From positions 864,001-928,000 of the forward strand of contig CBDCVR010000013.1 of NCBI GenBank assembly GCA_965223155.1: a DNA stretch of 64,000 nt, read 5' to 3'. Positions 1-10,189 of the stretch are shown piece after piece (within the stretch, counting starts at the first letter, position 1; each line of letters begins with the position of its first letter). Position numbers and translations under genes: made by a program. The DNA is from Candidatus Multivoradales bacterium (GTDB taxonomy: Bacteria; Acidobacteriota; Thermoanaerobaculia; Multivoradales; JAHEKO01). The notes under the pieces were generated by a model. The model saw only the letters and a program-made list of their open reading frames with translations. It searched no databases and was not told where the DNA came from.

Positions 1-1
1 G

Positions 2-2446
2 GCCGGCGAGGGCCGAGTTCATGTCGGTCAGCTCGACACCGTAGCCGGTCGAGCGCAGACCGCAGAACTGAATCACGCCGTCGGCGTCGGAGACGTCGCT
101 CGCAAGGACATCGCCGCCACCCGAGGTCAGAGTCGCGGTAACCCCGGCGATGGGCGTGTCCGAACCGCCCGGAGTCGGCTCGTAGAGACCATCGGCATCG
201 GCGTCGTACCAGACCCGCTCACTGATGCAATAGCGCTCGGCAGGAGCCAGGGCCTGGTACCCAAAGTCCGCGGCGAGATAGACATCGCCCGCGGCCACGT
301 TGATGTTCTGAGTCGGCCCCAACGGGGTCGTCAGGGTCAAGTCGGCAACCAGTCCGGCCGCGTCGATCACGACGACCGTGTAGCAGCCGGGAGCCAGGTC
401 GCCGAAGAAGTACGAACCATCGGGCCCGGTCTTGGTCAGCGCCAGGCTCGTGCCCGGATCCGTGCAGTCCTCGAGACTCAAGGTCACGCCGCCGATGCCG
501 GCCTCTTCCGGCTCACGCACGCCGTTGCCGTTGTCGTCCAGCCAGACGAAGTCGCCGATCGCGGCCAGAGTCGGATCGATGGTGTAGCCGAAGTCCAGAT
601 CGTTAAAGGTCTCATCCGTGGTGATCGTGCGCGATACGCTGGGATTCGTGCCTCCGCTCAGCGTCAAACCGGACGGTAGCGTGCTCTCATCGACCTGGGT
701 GCAGTACGTGTCGGCCGCCAAGTTGTCGAACCAGTAGAAACCGTCCGCATTTGTCTGCGTGGCCTCCTTCGACACCAAGCTGACGCAATCCACCAGCCGC
801 ACCGTCACGTTGCTAAGTCCGGGTTCGCCACCGTCCTGGGCTCCGTCCCCATCCACATCTAGCCACACCCGGTCGCCCACCGCGCCCGTCGGAACCGGCG
901 CGAAGTTCTCATCCGCTACCTCGACCGTGTAGGTCCCCGGCACCACGTCATAGAAGTACATGCCGTCGGCGTCGGTCACCCGCTGGCCGATAACGGTACC
1001 GCTCGAGTCGAAAATGTTGACCACCACGCCCGGAATCCCGTCTTCGCCCGGATCCTGGGTGCCGCTCTCATCCAGATCCAGCCAGACCGTGTCGCCGATC
1101 AGGTAGGGATCCGGAGGACAGACGGGGGCACCGTTGATCAGGCCGCAGGCGACCTGCTCGAAACGCCAGAAATTACTGTTGCTGAGATCCAGTCCCCGCA
1201 CCTCGACCTTCCACAGCCCGGAGGGCAGGAGCCCACCACCCGCGACCAGATGGTCGGGATTGTCGGCGGCGTCGGTCGAGATCAAGAACTGCTCCCATTC
1301 CCGCTGCCCGGAGGGGTTGTCGTTGGCGTAGACGTTGGCGTTCGGGCCTCGCACCGCGTAGCGCACGCACGGGCTCCTGAGCACCACAGGGTTGGTGCTG
1401 TCGTCCTCGGGGTTCCCCGCTCCCTGAGCGCCCTCTGCCACCGCGTCGGGCCCCGCGAAAGGCGGAATCCCCGAGCTGTTGAAATCGTCCGTGTCCGAGC
1501 AGGCCTCCGCAACGCCGGACGCCGTCAGGCTGTTGCCGTGATCGAAGTCCCCGTCCCAGATGCGAAGCGCCTGAATGTTGAACGGCACGTCCAGAAAGAA
1601 AACGTACATGCCGTCGTAGGTGGTCGGCGCATTCTGGTGGTCGAACGGCACGCCCGGGTTGTTCAAGATGAACTCCGCCAGGGTCGGGTAGACGACGAGC
1701 TGCTCGTTGTTGCCGAGGCCGAAACCGCCCTCGAAACCGAACTGGGCGCTGAAAACCGCCAGCGGAACGTCCGCGAAGACCTTGTAGTTCGAAACACCTT
1801 CGCAGCCCGCCGGCGCGGGATCGACGTCACACTCGGGAGCGTCCTTCAGATCGATGACGACGTTGTAGAAGGCGGTGTCGCTTCCCGGCAGCGCGGCATC
1901 GGGGTTGCCATCGCCGTCACCGTCGATCTCGACGAGAACGTCCCAGAAGTCGTTGTTGGGCATCCGCGCCGGACTCGCCGTCCAGACACCGGCCGGATCG
2001 GCCAGCGGATTGTCTTCGTTGCCGAACCACTCACCGACCATGTCGGCCGGGTTGGTATTGCCGATGCGCGTGGGATCCTCGAACATCCGGACCCGAATCG
2101 CCCGGGTGCCTTCGTCCCAATGGCCCTGAGTCGGAGCGAAGCAGGTTGCATCCACCGACGGCCAGTCCAGCACGCAGGGATCGCCGGTGTCGCCGTCGAA
2201 CATCCGGAACAGGAACGTGCCGCCCGCCTTGTCGACCGGAACCGAGAGGCCGACCGAAGTGGTCTGGTCGCTGAGCCCGGCAAAACCCGAGACCGCGGAC
2301 AGGAACTTGGCGTCGGTAACGTCCTCGCTCGGGAAAGCCGTAAACGGTCCCGCCGTGAGCTGGGCCGAGGCCGGAGCTACCGCCACTGCAATCAGCAGCG
2401 CGGTCGCCAGCGTGATCGAAAAACCCTTGTACATTCTCGTCGTCAT
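2..2446 (-). CDS. Large secreted protein with SdrD B-like repeats (partial, runs off window start)
   Basis: Absent from ORF track because it is open to the edge. Manual translation: signal peptide MTTRMYKGFSITLATALLIAVAVAPASA, then repeats IGDTVWLDLDESGTQDPGEDGIPGV, VGDRVWLDVDGDGAQDGGEPGLSNV, IGDFVWLDDNGNGVREPEEAGIGGV; GGAG RBS upstream. Confidence 0.88.
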   Translation of the reverse strand, partial: MTTRMYKGFSITLATALLIAVAVAPASAQLTAGPFTAFPSEDVTDAKFLSAVSGFAGLSDQTTSVGLSVPVDKAGGTFLFRMFDGDTGDPCVLDWPSVDATCFAPTQGHWDEGTRAIRVRMFEDPTRIGNTNPADMVGEWFGNEDNPLADPAGVWTASPARMPNNDFWDVLVEIDGDGDGNPDAALPGSDTAFYNVVIDLKDAPECDVDPAPAGCEGVSNYKVFADVPLAVFSAQFGFEGGFGLGNNEQLVVYPTLAEFILNNPGVPFDHQNAPTTYDGMYVFFLDVPFNIQALRIWDGDFDHGNSLTASGVAEACSDTDDFNSSGIPPFAGPDAVAEGAQGAGNPEDDSTNPVVLRSPCVRYAVRGPNANVYANDNPSGQREWEQFLISTDAADNPDHLVAGGGLLPSGLWKVEVRGLDLSNSNFWRFEQVACGLINGAPVCPPDPYLIGDTVWLDLDESGTQDPGEDGIPGVVVNIFDSSGTVIGQRVTDADGMYFYDVVPGTYTVEVADENFAPVPTGAVGDRVWLDVDGDGAQDGGEPGLSNVTVRLVDCVSLVSKEATQTNADGFYWFDNLAADTYCTQVDESTLPSGLTLSGGTNPSVSRTITTDETFNDLDFGYTIDPTLAAIGDFVWLDDNGNGVREPEEAGIGGVTLSLEDCTDPGTSLALTKTGPDGSYFFGDLAPGCYTVVVIDAAGLVADLTLTTPLGPTQNINVAAGDVYLAADFGYQALAPAERYCISERVWYDADADGLYEPTPGGSDTPIAGVTATLTSGGGDVLASDVSDADGVIQFCGLRSTGYGVELTDMNSALAG

Positions 2447-2479
2447 CGTCCTGTCTCCCCGATCGATCTCCCCGATCGA

Positions 2480-2740
2480 CTATGCCGTGTCGCGTTTCCG
2501 GCCGAGCGCGGACTCCGAAGTCGCGCTCTTGCCGCTGTCATCCAAGCCCGCAGTCAGGAGCTCGGCGATTCTCGAACCGTCGCCCATGAAGCGCTCTTCC
2601 CCGGTCCGCAGGTCCCGCAGATAGAAGCGCGGACCTGACTCGGCTCCCGGCTCCCGCAGTACGCGAACCAGGTACGACGTGCTGGCTTGGTGGGTCGTTT
2701 CCATCTCGGCGTTCTCTTCCTGTTCTCTGTCTCGATGCAT
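2480..2740 (-). CDS. Small hypothetical protein (SYLVRVLRE...LRDLRTGEERF)
   Basis: ORF co-oriented just upstream of the SdrD gene and divergent from the BTAD regulator; start uncertain. Confidence 0.6.
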   Translation of the reverse strand: MHRDREQEENAEMETTHQASTSYLVRVLREPGAESGPRFYLRDLRTGEERFMGDGSRIAELLTAGLDDSGKSATSESALGRKRDTA

Positions 2741-2844
2741 CACCGAGCCCCTTTCCGATCGCCGAGGTGCACCTGCATTCCCGTCAGGGAATCGCCGGCC
2801 CCGAGCTCGGTTTTTCTCTATGGCGGGCGAGGCTGGCCGGCGAG

Positions 2845-2864
2845 CGTCAGGGCAACGTCAGGGC
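2845..2864. promoter_or_regulatory. Direct repeat CGTCAGGGC x2 with 11-bp period; candidate SARP operator
   Basis: Copies at 2845-2853 and 2856-2864, further CGTCAGGG at 2782-2789, in the intergenic region next to a SARP/BTAD gene. Confidence 0.45.
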
Positions 2865-3004
2865 GAAATCGAAATATCGAGATATACAAACTTTCGTAAG
2901 GAACTTGACAGGCGTCTGGCATGCTAGACTGAGCGCCGGGCTCTAGCACCGACTTCCCCTACAAACCAAACGTCCAACGGGTATTCCGCTCGACCTCCGC
3001 TCCC

Positions 3005-5254
3005 ATGCAACTCGAAATTCGGCTCCTGGGTGGTTTCGAGGCACGCTTGGGCGACCGCTCGGTGGAGCGGTTCGAGTCGCAAAAGGTCCGAGCCTTATTG
3101 GCGTTTCTGGCACTCAACCGAGCTCCGGTTGACCGGGACCGCCTGGCCGGCCTGTTCTGGCCGGACCGCTCCGACGAAGCCGCACGCCGGAACCTGCGAC
3201 AGGCCCTCTACAGCATTCGCACGGCCCTGGCCCAAGAAGCGGGCAGCCAGCCCACCTTGGAGGCCTCCCAGAGCGCGGTCGGACTGCATCCGGATCTGGA
3301 ATGCCGCGTGGACGTCGAGGTCTTCCGCCGGAACCTCAGGGAGGGCCTGACCGACCAAGGACCCGACCCGCAGCGGCTGACCGACGCGGCCCGTCTCTAC
3401 AAAGGCGACCTCCTGGCCGGTTTCTTCCTCAAGAACTGCATCGAATTCGAGGAATGGCTGGTCACCGAGCAGGAGCTCCTGCGCGAGGAAGCGCTCGAGG
3501 TGTTCCGCACCCTCGTCCAGATCTATCTCGCCCGCGGCGAGCATCGCGTCGGCATTCAGTACGCCAAACGCCTGCTGGCGATCGATCCGCTCTCGGAAGA
3601 AGCGCATCGCCAACTCATGAGCCTCTATACCCTTGCCGGCCGGCGGAACCGGGCCCTGGCCCAGTACGAGCAGCTCCTGAACACCCTGCAGCAGGAGCTG
3701 GGCGTCGAGCCCCTTGACGCGACCAAGAACCTCTACCGCTCGATCCTGCTGGAAGCCAGCGGCCAAACACCGGACAAGCCCGACGAGGACGCAGCGCCGC
3801 CGATCGTGCCGCTGGTCGGGCGCTCCGAGGCCACCGAAGCACTGCAAGAGACCTGGCGTTCGGTCCTCGCCGGCGAAGGGCGCCTGACGGCTCTCGTGGG
3901 CGAAGGCGGCGTCGGCAAGAGTCGGCTGGGCAAGTCATTCCTGGATCGAGCCACCTCGAAACGGCACGCCATCGTGCTGCGGGGACGCTGCTACGAGGCG
4001 GCGCCTCTCGTCAGCTACCGGCCGTTCCTCGAGATCTTGCGAGCGCTGTTCACGGACGTCTTGGTCGATGAGCCCGAGACTCTGCAGTCGCTCGATCCCC
4101 GGCACCTCGCCAACCTTCTCCACCTCTATCAGGATCCACTCGAGGGTCCCCTCGCCGACTTGGGCTTGGAGAGCCTGCCGGACGCCAATCCGGACGGCAT
4201 CGGGGCCTCGCTGGCCGCGCTGATCGACGCCATGATCGCCGCCGGTATCGGCGACGCGCGGCCGGTGGTGCTCATGCTCGAGGACGTGCAGCACGCCGAC
4301 GGCGCCAGCCGCCGTCTCCTCGAGGCTCTCGTCGAAGGCTTGGAGCGACGGCCGCTTTGGATCCTGTGCACCTGCGAGTCGGAGCGGACGCTTCGCCCCG
4401 CGATCGCGGCGGCCGGAGCGGCTTCCCGGTCGCTAAATCTCGGCCGTCTCCACTACGAAGACGTCCAGGAAATCGCCAAGGCTCTGGTGGACCTGGCCGG
4501 TGTCCCGGAGCTGACCGAATTTCTCTGGGCCGCCGGCGGCGGCCTACCGCTGGCGGTGACCGAGCTCATCAATCTCCTGTGGGACGAGAAGGCCCTGGTC
4601 CCGGCCGGTCCCGGGCATTGGTCGCTGGATCGAGACCTCGCCGCCATCGACGCTCCCACCGATCTGACCGAGCTCATCGGCCGGCGGGTGGACAAGCTTC
4701 CCAATTCGGCCCGCCGCCTGCTGTCGCTGGCTGCCATCATGGGACATCAGTTCGAGGTCGATGCGCTCGCCACCGCGGGCAACGAGCACATGACCGTCGT
4801 CGAGACCTTCGTGCGCCTGACCCTGGAACGCTGGCTCCTGCGCCAGTTCCCGAAGGCCTGGTCCCGAGCCGGGCTGCAGAAAGACCTCGTCCTCTGGGCC
4901 CGCGGGGCGCGCCGGGGCTTTTTCGAGTTCTCGCACCGATCGATCCGGGTCGCCGTCCTGGAACGCATCAACCCGCTGCGCAAGCGCATCATGCACGGAG
5001 AAGCGGCCAGTGCCCTGGCGAGCCGGCATGCCGACGACGTCGAGGACTTCAGCGAATCGCTGGCCTTCCATTTCTTGGCAGCCGGTGACCCCGCCGCCGC
5101 TCGCCCGTGGCTCGAGCGCTCCGCCCAGCGCGCCGAAGAGGTCGGTGGCCACGAGATCGCCGACGAATACCGCTCGCTCGCAGAGCGGGCGGCCGAGCGC
5201 GAGCACCTGCGCGCGGTCGACGGCCCGCGCCCCCTCACTCGGCCCAACCGCTAG
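3005..5254 (+). CDS. SARP/BTAD transcriptional activator with AAA (STAND) ATPase domain
   Basis: N-terminal LLGGF...ALLAFLAL...LAGLFWPD...ARRNLRQAL; BTAD DPLSEEAHRQLM; Walker A GEGGVGKS; Walker B LMLEDVQHAD. Confidence 0.92.
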   Translation: MQLEIRLLGGFEARLGDRSVERFESQKVRALLAFLALNRAPVDRDRLAGLFWPDRSDEAARRNLRQALYSIRTALAQEAGSQPTLEASQSAVGLHPDLECRVDVEVFRRNLREGLTDQGPDPQRLTDAARLYKGDLLAGFFLKNCIEFEEWLVTEQELLREEALEVFRTLVQIYLARGEHRVGIQYAKRLLAIDPLSEEAHRQLMSLYTLAGRRNRALAQYEQLLNTLQQELGVEPLDATKNLYRSILLEASGQTPDKPDEDAAPPIVPLVGRSEATEALQETWRSVLAGEGRLTALVGEGGVGKSRLGKSFLDRATSKRHAIVLRGRCYEAAPLVSYRPFLEILRALFTDVLVDEPETLQSLDPRHLANLLHLYQDPLEGPLADLGLESLPDANPDGIGASLAALIDAMIAAGIGDARPVVLMLEDVQHADGASRRLLEALVEGLERRPLWILCTCESERTLRPAIAAAGAASRSLNLGRLHYEDVQEIAKALVDLAGVPELTEFLWAAGGGLPLAVTELINLLWDEKALVPAGPGHWSLDRDLAAIDAPTDLTELIGRRVDKLPNSARRLLSLAAIMGHQFEVDALATAGNEHMTVVETFVRLTLERWLLRQFPKAWSRAGLQKDLVLWARGARRGFFEFSHRSIRVAVLERINPLRKRIMHGEAASALASRHADDVEDFSESLAFHFLAAGDPAAARPWLERSAQRAEEVGGHEIADEYRSLAERAAEREHLRAVDGPRPLTRPNR

Positions 5255-5305
5255 CAGGCCGGGCTCGGCCTGACGGTCTCGCCGGCATCCGGCGGACAGA
5301 TCCGG

Positions 5306-6208
5306 CTAGCCGCCCAGGCCCAGAGTCGCCCGGATGACGTGCTTTGCCACCTCGGGATTCTCCCGTAGACGCCGTATGGAGTACGGATACCAATCGCGGC
5401 CGTAGGGAACGTACACCCGCAGCCGGTGCCCGCGGCCGAGCAAGATCGAGCGCAGCTCCTCATCCACCCCCAGCAGCATCTGAAACTCGTAGCGATCCCG
5501 CGCGACATCCAACCGATCCAGAAGCACCTCGGCTTCGCAGGCAAGGTGCTCGTCATGGGTGGCGATGCCAACGTAAACGTCGTTGCGCAGGAGCTTGTCG
5601 AGGGCGGCCGTGAAATTGGCGCGCACGGTTTCGTAACCCTTCCAGGCGATCTTGCGGGGCTCGATATAGATGCCCTTGCAGAGCCGAACGTTGGGTGTGC
5701 GGGCCGGCAACGCCCCGACGTCGTCCAAGGTACGGCGCATGTAGGCCTGAAGCACGGCGCCGACGTTGCCCAACTCTTCCTGAACCGACCGGTAGATTCT
5801 CAGGGTGACTTCGGTGACGCTCGAATCCTCCATGTCGATGCGCACGAAGTTGCCGTACCTGGCGGCGGTCGCGGCGATGCGCCGGACGTTTTCGCGGCAG
5901 AAGTCCTCATCCACCTTGAGTCCCAGGAGAGTCAGCTTGATCGACACGTTGGCATCCAAGCCGGCGCCGTCGATGTCCGCGAACAGCCGCTCGTACTCCT
6001 CCACGGCGGCCTCGGCCTTGCCTCGCTCGCTCACTTCTTCGCCCAGTAGATCCAGAGTCGCCATCGCCCCCTCTGCGTTGAGCTTCCGGACCGACGCCAG
6101 AGCGTCGTCCCGAGTTTCGCCGGCGACGTAACGACTTGCCACCCGGCCCACTAGGAACCTCGGCACCAGAGGCAGGGTGGCGACGATCAGCCGGCTACTG
6201 AGATTCAC
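5306..6208 (-). CDS. Monofunctional proline dehydrogenase
   Basis: RYVAGE, SIKLT, VRIDMED, VRLCKG, IATHD, FQMLLG, RVYVPYG, RRLRENP motifs. Confidence 0.93.
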   Translation of the reverse strand: MNLSSRLIVATLPLVPRFLVGRVASRYVAGETRDDALASVRKLNAEGAMATLDLLGEEVSERGKAEAAVEEYERLFADIDGAGLDANVSIKLTLLGLKVDEDFCRENVRRIAATAARYGNFVRIDMEDSSVTEVTLRIYRSVQEELGNVGAVLQAYMRRTLDDVGALPARTPNVRLCKGIYIEPRKIAWKGYETVRANFTAALDKLLRNDVYVGIATHDEHLACEAEVLLDRLDVARDRYEFQMLLGVDEELRSILLGRGHRLRVYVPYGRDWYPYSIRRLRENPEVAKHVIRATLGLGG

Positions 6209-6226
6209 CGCGGCCGCGCGTCCCGC

Positions 6227-7582
6227 TTAGTTGGCGCTCGGAGCGTCGTCGGACCGAGGGTCGCCGTTGCCATTGCCGTTGGCAGCCACCCAGCGCACCG
6301 ACTTGGAGCACGGGCAGACGCCGCCGACCCGGCTGAGCGCGGGCATCTGCTTCGATGCCTCACCGGCGGTCAGCTCGTCGTCATCGTCATGGACCCGCAT
6401 CAGGAGCTCGACGTAGCCCTTGAAATCACGTCCCGCGCGGTAGACGTCCGGCAGATGCTTCTGGAGCTCGGTGAGATAGGCCTCGACGTCGTCGAAGGCC
6501 TCGCCCTCGAAACCGACCAGCTCGAACGCCGGTACGCCGCGCCGCCGGAAGAAATGCGGGTGCGGCGCGCGGATCAACTCCTCATAGGCGATGCCGCGCA
6601 CCGTGCCGCCGTCGGCCAGGAGCTGATCCAGAACCTCCTCGGCCTGAGCGGGCGAGACCTCGGGCAGGCGCGCGCGGATGAAGCGCAAGTTGAGATCCCG
6701 GAAGACCTTCTTGACCTCTTCGAGATAGTCGGCCTGAGCCTCGGCGTTCTTCATCGGCTTCAAGCCGAAGCGCACGTTGGTGCCGCCGCCGCGCTCGTCG
6801 CCGAACATCTCGAGCCCGCGCGGCAGCCACTTGTTGATCGCCTTCTGGATGTCCGCCGTGCTGACGAAGTGAGAGCCGCGGGCGGCCTTCTCCATGTAGC
6901 GGCGCAGCGGCACCACTCCGGCGGCGAGATGAAACGCCTCCTCGCGCAGCATCTGCGGCATGCTCTCGGCCATGGGCTTGTAGGCGCTGACCTTCTGCAT
7001 CGTGAGCTGGTACTTGCCGACCCGATCGATCAGCGCGCAAAAGGTGACGTTATCGATGAACGAGTCAAAGTCGATGTTGAAGGCGCCCAGGATGTGCGAG
7101 CCCGTACGCATGGACAGGATGCGCTCGACCATGTCCTCTTCGGAGACGTCGGAGACGCCTGACCAGTCGTCTTCGAGCAGCAGGTGCAGCATCTGGTAGC
7201 CGTGGCGCAACTCTTCGGCCATCATGCGCAGAATCCAGACCTGCTCTTCTTCTTCTTGCGCCCGGGCCAGGGTGAGCTGGTGCTGCTGAATCGAGCCGAA
7301 CTCGGTCGAGGCTTGCGCCTGGATCGCTCCCAGCAGGTGCCCCGCCTGCTTGGGATGCATCTTGCCCGCCTTCTTGAACTTGTCGTTGCCCTTGAGGTCG
7401 CCGCACTCGATCTCGTCGCACATCCCGAGCTCGCGGTAGGCGCACAGGCGAAACTGCGGATCGCGGGGGAAATAGGTGTCCCAGGTCTCGAGCAAGAAAT
7501 CGTAGTCGGGCAAGAAGCGGTCCCGCCACTTCTCCACCGCTTGATGGAACTTCTTGGGTAGCTCGGTTTGCCTGGTAGTCAT
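6227..7582 (-). CDS. Ferritin-like di-iron protein, BoxB/PaaA (aryl-CoA epoxidase) family
   Basis: QASTEFGSIQQH, EELRH and EEAFH ExxH di-iron motifs, DRVGKYQL, IQKAINKW. Confidence 0.75.
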   Translation of the reverse strand: MTTRQTELPKKFHQAVEKWRDRFLPDYDFLLETWDTYFPRDPQFRLCAYRELGMCDEIECGDLKGNDKFKKAGKMHPKQAGHLLGAIQAQASTEFGSIQQHQLTLARAQEEEEQVWILRMMAEELRHGYQMLHLLLEDDWSGVSDVSEEDMVERILSMRTGSHILGAFNIDFDSFIDNVTFCALIDRVGKYQLTMQKVSAYKPMAESMPQMLREEAFHLAAGVVPLRRYMEKAARGSHFVSTADIQKAINKWLPRGLEMFGDERGGGTNVRFGLKPMKNAEAQADYLEEVKKVFRDLNLRFIRARLPEVSPAQAEEVLDQLLADGGTVRGIAYEELIRAPHPHFFRRRGVPAFELVGFEGEAFDDVEAYLTELQKHLPDVYRAGRDFKGYVELLMRVHDDDDELTAGEASKQMPALSRVGGVCPCSKSVRWVAANGNGNGDPRSDDAPSAN

Positions 7583-7609
7583 GGTTCTCCTCGTTCGATC
7601 AGAAGCCGG

Positions 7610-8074
7610 TCAGGAACCGGCCTCGTCGAACCGCTTGACGAACGGCCGAAGGCCCGCGGGCTCGAAGCCGAGGGCATCGAAGAATTGAGCGATGCCCGTC
7701 ATCTCCTCATCGACCAGTGTACGCACGCTGGTGGCTCCCCGGCGCCGAAAGTGTTCGAGCATTGCCTCGGCCAATCGCCGGCCGACCGAGCGCCCGCGCG
7801 CCTCGGGGTCGACCCCGAGGACCTCGATCCAGCCGGTCGGCTCTTCCAGGCCGAACTCTCCGGACCGGACCTCGCCCATCATGAAGCCGATCACCCGGCC
7901 GTCGCTTTCGGCGACCACCGAGGCCTCCGGATCGCGCCGCATGTAGTAGCTCAGGCGACTCTCCCAGACCTCGGGCCGGTAGCCGCCGCCGATCTTCTCG
8001 TCCAGAGTTGTGATGTCCCCCAGATCCGTGTCCTCCACGGCCCGGACGCGTACGTCTTGAGAGGCTTCAGGCAT
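7610..8074 (-). CDS. GNAT family N-acetyltransferase
   Basis: LGVDPEARGRSVGRRL acetyl-CoA motif; FFDALGF. Confidence 0.88.
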   Translation of the reverse strand: MPEASQDVRVRAVEDTDLGDITTLDEKIGGGYRPEVWESRLSYYMRRDPEASVVAESDGRVIGFMMGEVRSGEFGLEEPTGWIEVLGVDPEARGRSVGRRLAEAMLEHFRRRGATSVRTLVDEEMTGIAQFFDALGFEPAGLRPFVKRFDEAGS

Positions 8075-8281
8075 TTCGATTGTCCCGGAAGACGACCGGA
8101 AGTAAGGACCGGCCGACGCCAAAATTCTATCGCCCGGCGCCCGCCCCGTAAACCGCCGCGCCGCGTCCCGGACCGATCCTGGATCGGCCCCACTCCGTCT
8201 CGACGGTCCCTAAGATCCGTGCGGCCAGCCGAACTCGGCAAGGCTCAGAAGTTGGCTAGAAAACCCGCTCGCGGCCGTCGT

Positions 8282-9226
8282 TCAGCTCCGCGCCACGTGC
8301 TCGTGGGCGTGGTAACTGCTCCGCACCAACGGTCCGGCCTCGCAATGATCGAAGCCCAGTTCGAGAGCCGCTTCCCGGTACTTGGCGAACTCGTCGGGAT
8401 GGACCCACCGGTCCACCGGCAGGTGACCGCGAGTCGGCTGCAAGTACTGCCCGATCGTCAGAATCTCGACGCCGGCGTCTCGGATGTCGTGCATCGTCGC
8501 CAGCACCTCGTCCGGGGTCTCGCCCAAGCCGACCATGATCCCGGTCTTGATGCGTCCGGAGTAGCGGCCGTCGCTGCGACGGTGCGCCGCCTCCCGCAAG
8601 AGTTCGAGCGAGCGGCGGTACCGGCTTCCAGGCCGGGCCACGCGGTACATCCGCGGCACCGTTTCGACGTTGTGCGAGAACACCGCTGGCCCGGCGGCTA
8701 GCACGACCTCCAGCGCCTCGGGAACCCCGCGAAAGTCGGGGGTCAGCAGCTCGACCGCGGTCGCCGGGTTCCGGCGGTGAATGGCCTCAACGACCGCGCG
8801 GAAGTGTCCGGCGCCGCCGTCGGGGAGATCGTCGCGATCGACCGAGGTGATGACGGCGTGCCGAATTCCCATCGCCCGAACCGCTTTCGCCACGTTCGCC
8901 GGCTCCTCGGGATCCACGCCGGGATCGGGGCGGCCCGACATCACCGAACAGAAACCGCACCGGCGGGTACAGATGTCCCCGAGAATCATGAACGTGGCGG
9001 TGCCATGCCGTCCCCAGCATTCATAGATATTGGGGCACCGGGCCTCCTCGCACACGGTGTTGAGCTTGAGGTCGGCCACCAGCCGGCGCACCTCGTGGTA
9101 CCTGGCCGGCGTCTCCAGCTTGATGCGTAGCCATGGCGGACGAGGTTCTCGCCGGCCGTTGCTGGACTCGGTCTCGGTTCCAGCCCCAGGGCCGGCTCCG
9201 GAGCCGATCTGAACCAAGCGGCTCAT
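8282..9226 (-). CDS. lipA: Lipoyl synthase
   Basis: CEEARCPNIYEC, CTRRCGFC radical SAM motif, RSSYHA; start placed at MSRLVQIG. Confidence 0.97.
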   Translation of the reverse strand: MSRLVQIGSGAGPGAGTETESSNGRREPRPPWLRIKLETPARYHEVRRLVADLKLNTVCEEARCPNIYECWGRHGTATFMILGDICTRRCGFCSVMSGRPDPGVDPEEPANVAKAVRAMGIRHAVITSVDRDDLPDGGAGHFRAVVEAIHRRNPATAVELLTPDFRGVPEALEVVLAAGPAVFSHNVETVPRMYRVARPGSRYRRSLELLREAAHRRSDGRYSGRIKTGIMVGLGETPDEVLATMHDIRDAGVEILTIGQYLQPTRGHLPVDRWVHPDEFAKYREAALELGFDHCEAGPLVRSSYHAHEHVARS

Positions 9227-9345
9227 CGCGCAAGTGTACCGGATGGCACAACGGGCCGAAGGCCTGCCGGCGGCGCGACGACGCGCCGACCGCGCAACTG
9301 GCAACCGGTCAGCAGGCCAAGTCAGCGACCTGGCCGGCGACCCAA

Positions 9346-10053
9346 TCAGGCGACCCGATCGGCGCCGCGAACCGCAGCCGGCAACTCGGCGACGCGCTCG
9401 TAGTCGAAGACTTCGGCGAAACGATCCATCGCCGCCACGGCTACCGCCTTCAGGGCCGGAACCTCGCTCGGTCGCTCGTGTTCGATCGAGGTCATCACCA
9501 CCCCGGGGAGCCCGCAAGCCACGATACCTGCGAACAGGGACAGGTCGGTGGCAACGTTGAGGGCGAAACCATGAGTGGTGACCCAGCGGCTCAAATGGAC
9601 GCCGATCGACGCGATCTTGCGCTCCTCCACCCAGACCCCGATCTCGGCCTGCTCGCGACCCGGGGCCGCGGTGATGCCGAAGCCCTCGAGCACCCGCACA
9701 AGCACCTCCTGGAGGTCACGCACGTACCGACGCACGTCCTTCCTGTCTGGAGCCAGATTCAGAATCGGATACCCGACCAGCTGGCCCGGACCGTGGTACG
9801 TCACCTGCCCTCCCCGGTCAGTCGAGGCCAGATCGATGCCCTCTCCGGCCAGCATCTCCGGACTCAGCAACACGTCGCCCTCGCTCGCGGACCGGCCCAG
9901 CGTGTAGATGTGCGGATGCTCCAAGAGCAGCAGGTAGTCCGCGTCTCCGGCTCGCACATCCGCGCGTAGCCGTTCCTGCAGGGCGGTCGCCTGCCCGTAC
10001 TCGAGCCGGCCCAGATACCCGGCCCTCAGCGTCCTCTGTCGACGCGTCGTCAC
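9346..10053 (-). CDS. lipB: Lipoyl(octanoyl) transferase
   Basis: LEHPHIYTLG, DRGGQVTYHGPGQLVGYPI, KIASIG, HGFALN, IVACG. Confidence 0.96.
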   Translation of the reverse strand: MTTRRQRTLRAGYLGRLEYGQATALQERLRADVRAGDADYLLLLEHPHIYTLGRSASEGDVLLSPEMLAGEGIDLASTDRGGQVTYHGPGQLVGYPILNLAPDRKDVRRYVRDLQEVLVRVLEGFGITAAPGREQAEIGVWVEERKIASIGVHLSRWVTTHGFALNVATDLSLFAGIVACGLPGVVMTSIEHERPSEVPALKAVAVAAMDRFAEVFDYERVAELPAAVRGADRVA

Positions 10054-10189
10054 CCGCCCATTCTAGGCGTTTCGGAAAACCCGGCCGAGTTCCGTCAGAA
10101 AAACCGGGGGTCGCGGCAACCCAAGTACAAGAGGGCAACAAGAGCCGATCATGGGGACCGGTTTCGGAGTGCCCTCGGAGGGTTTCCGA

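Noticed and set aside
1250-2638. 462-aa plus-strand ORF and similar long antisense ORFs (31632-33803, 55638-57194, 57286-58359, 48277-49374)
   Set aside because: Shadow ORFs opposite well-supported genes, expected at high GC.
2905-2930. TTGACA...TAGACT promoter for the BTAD gene
   Set aside because: The spacer is only 14 nt; at best an extended -10, not well supported.
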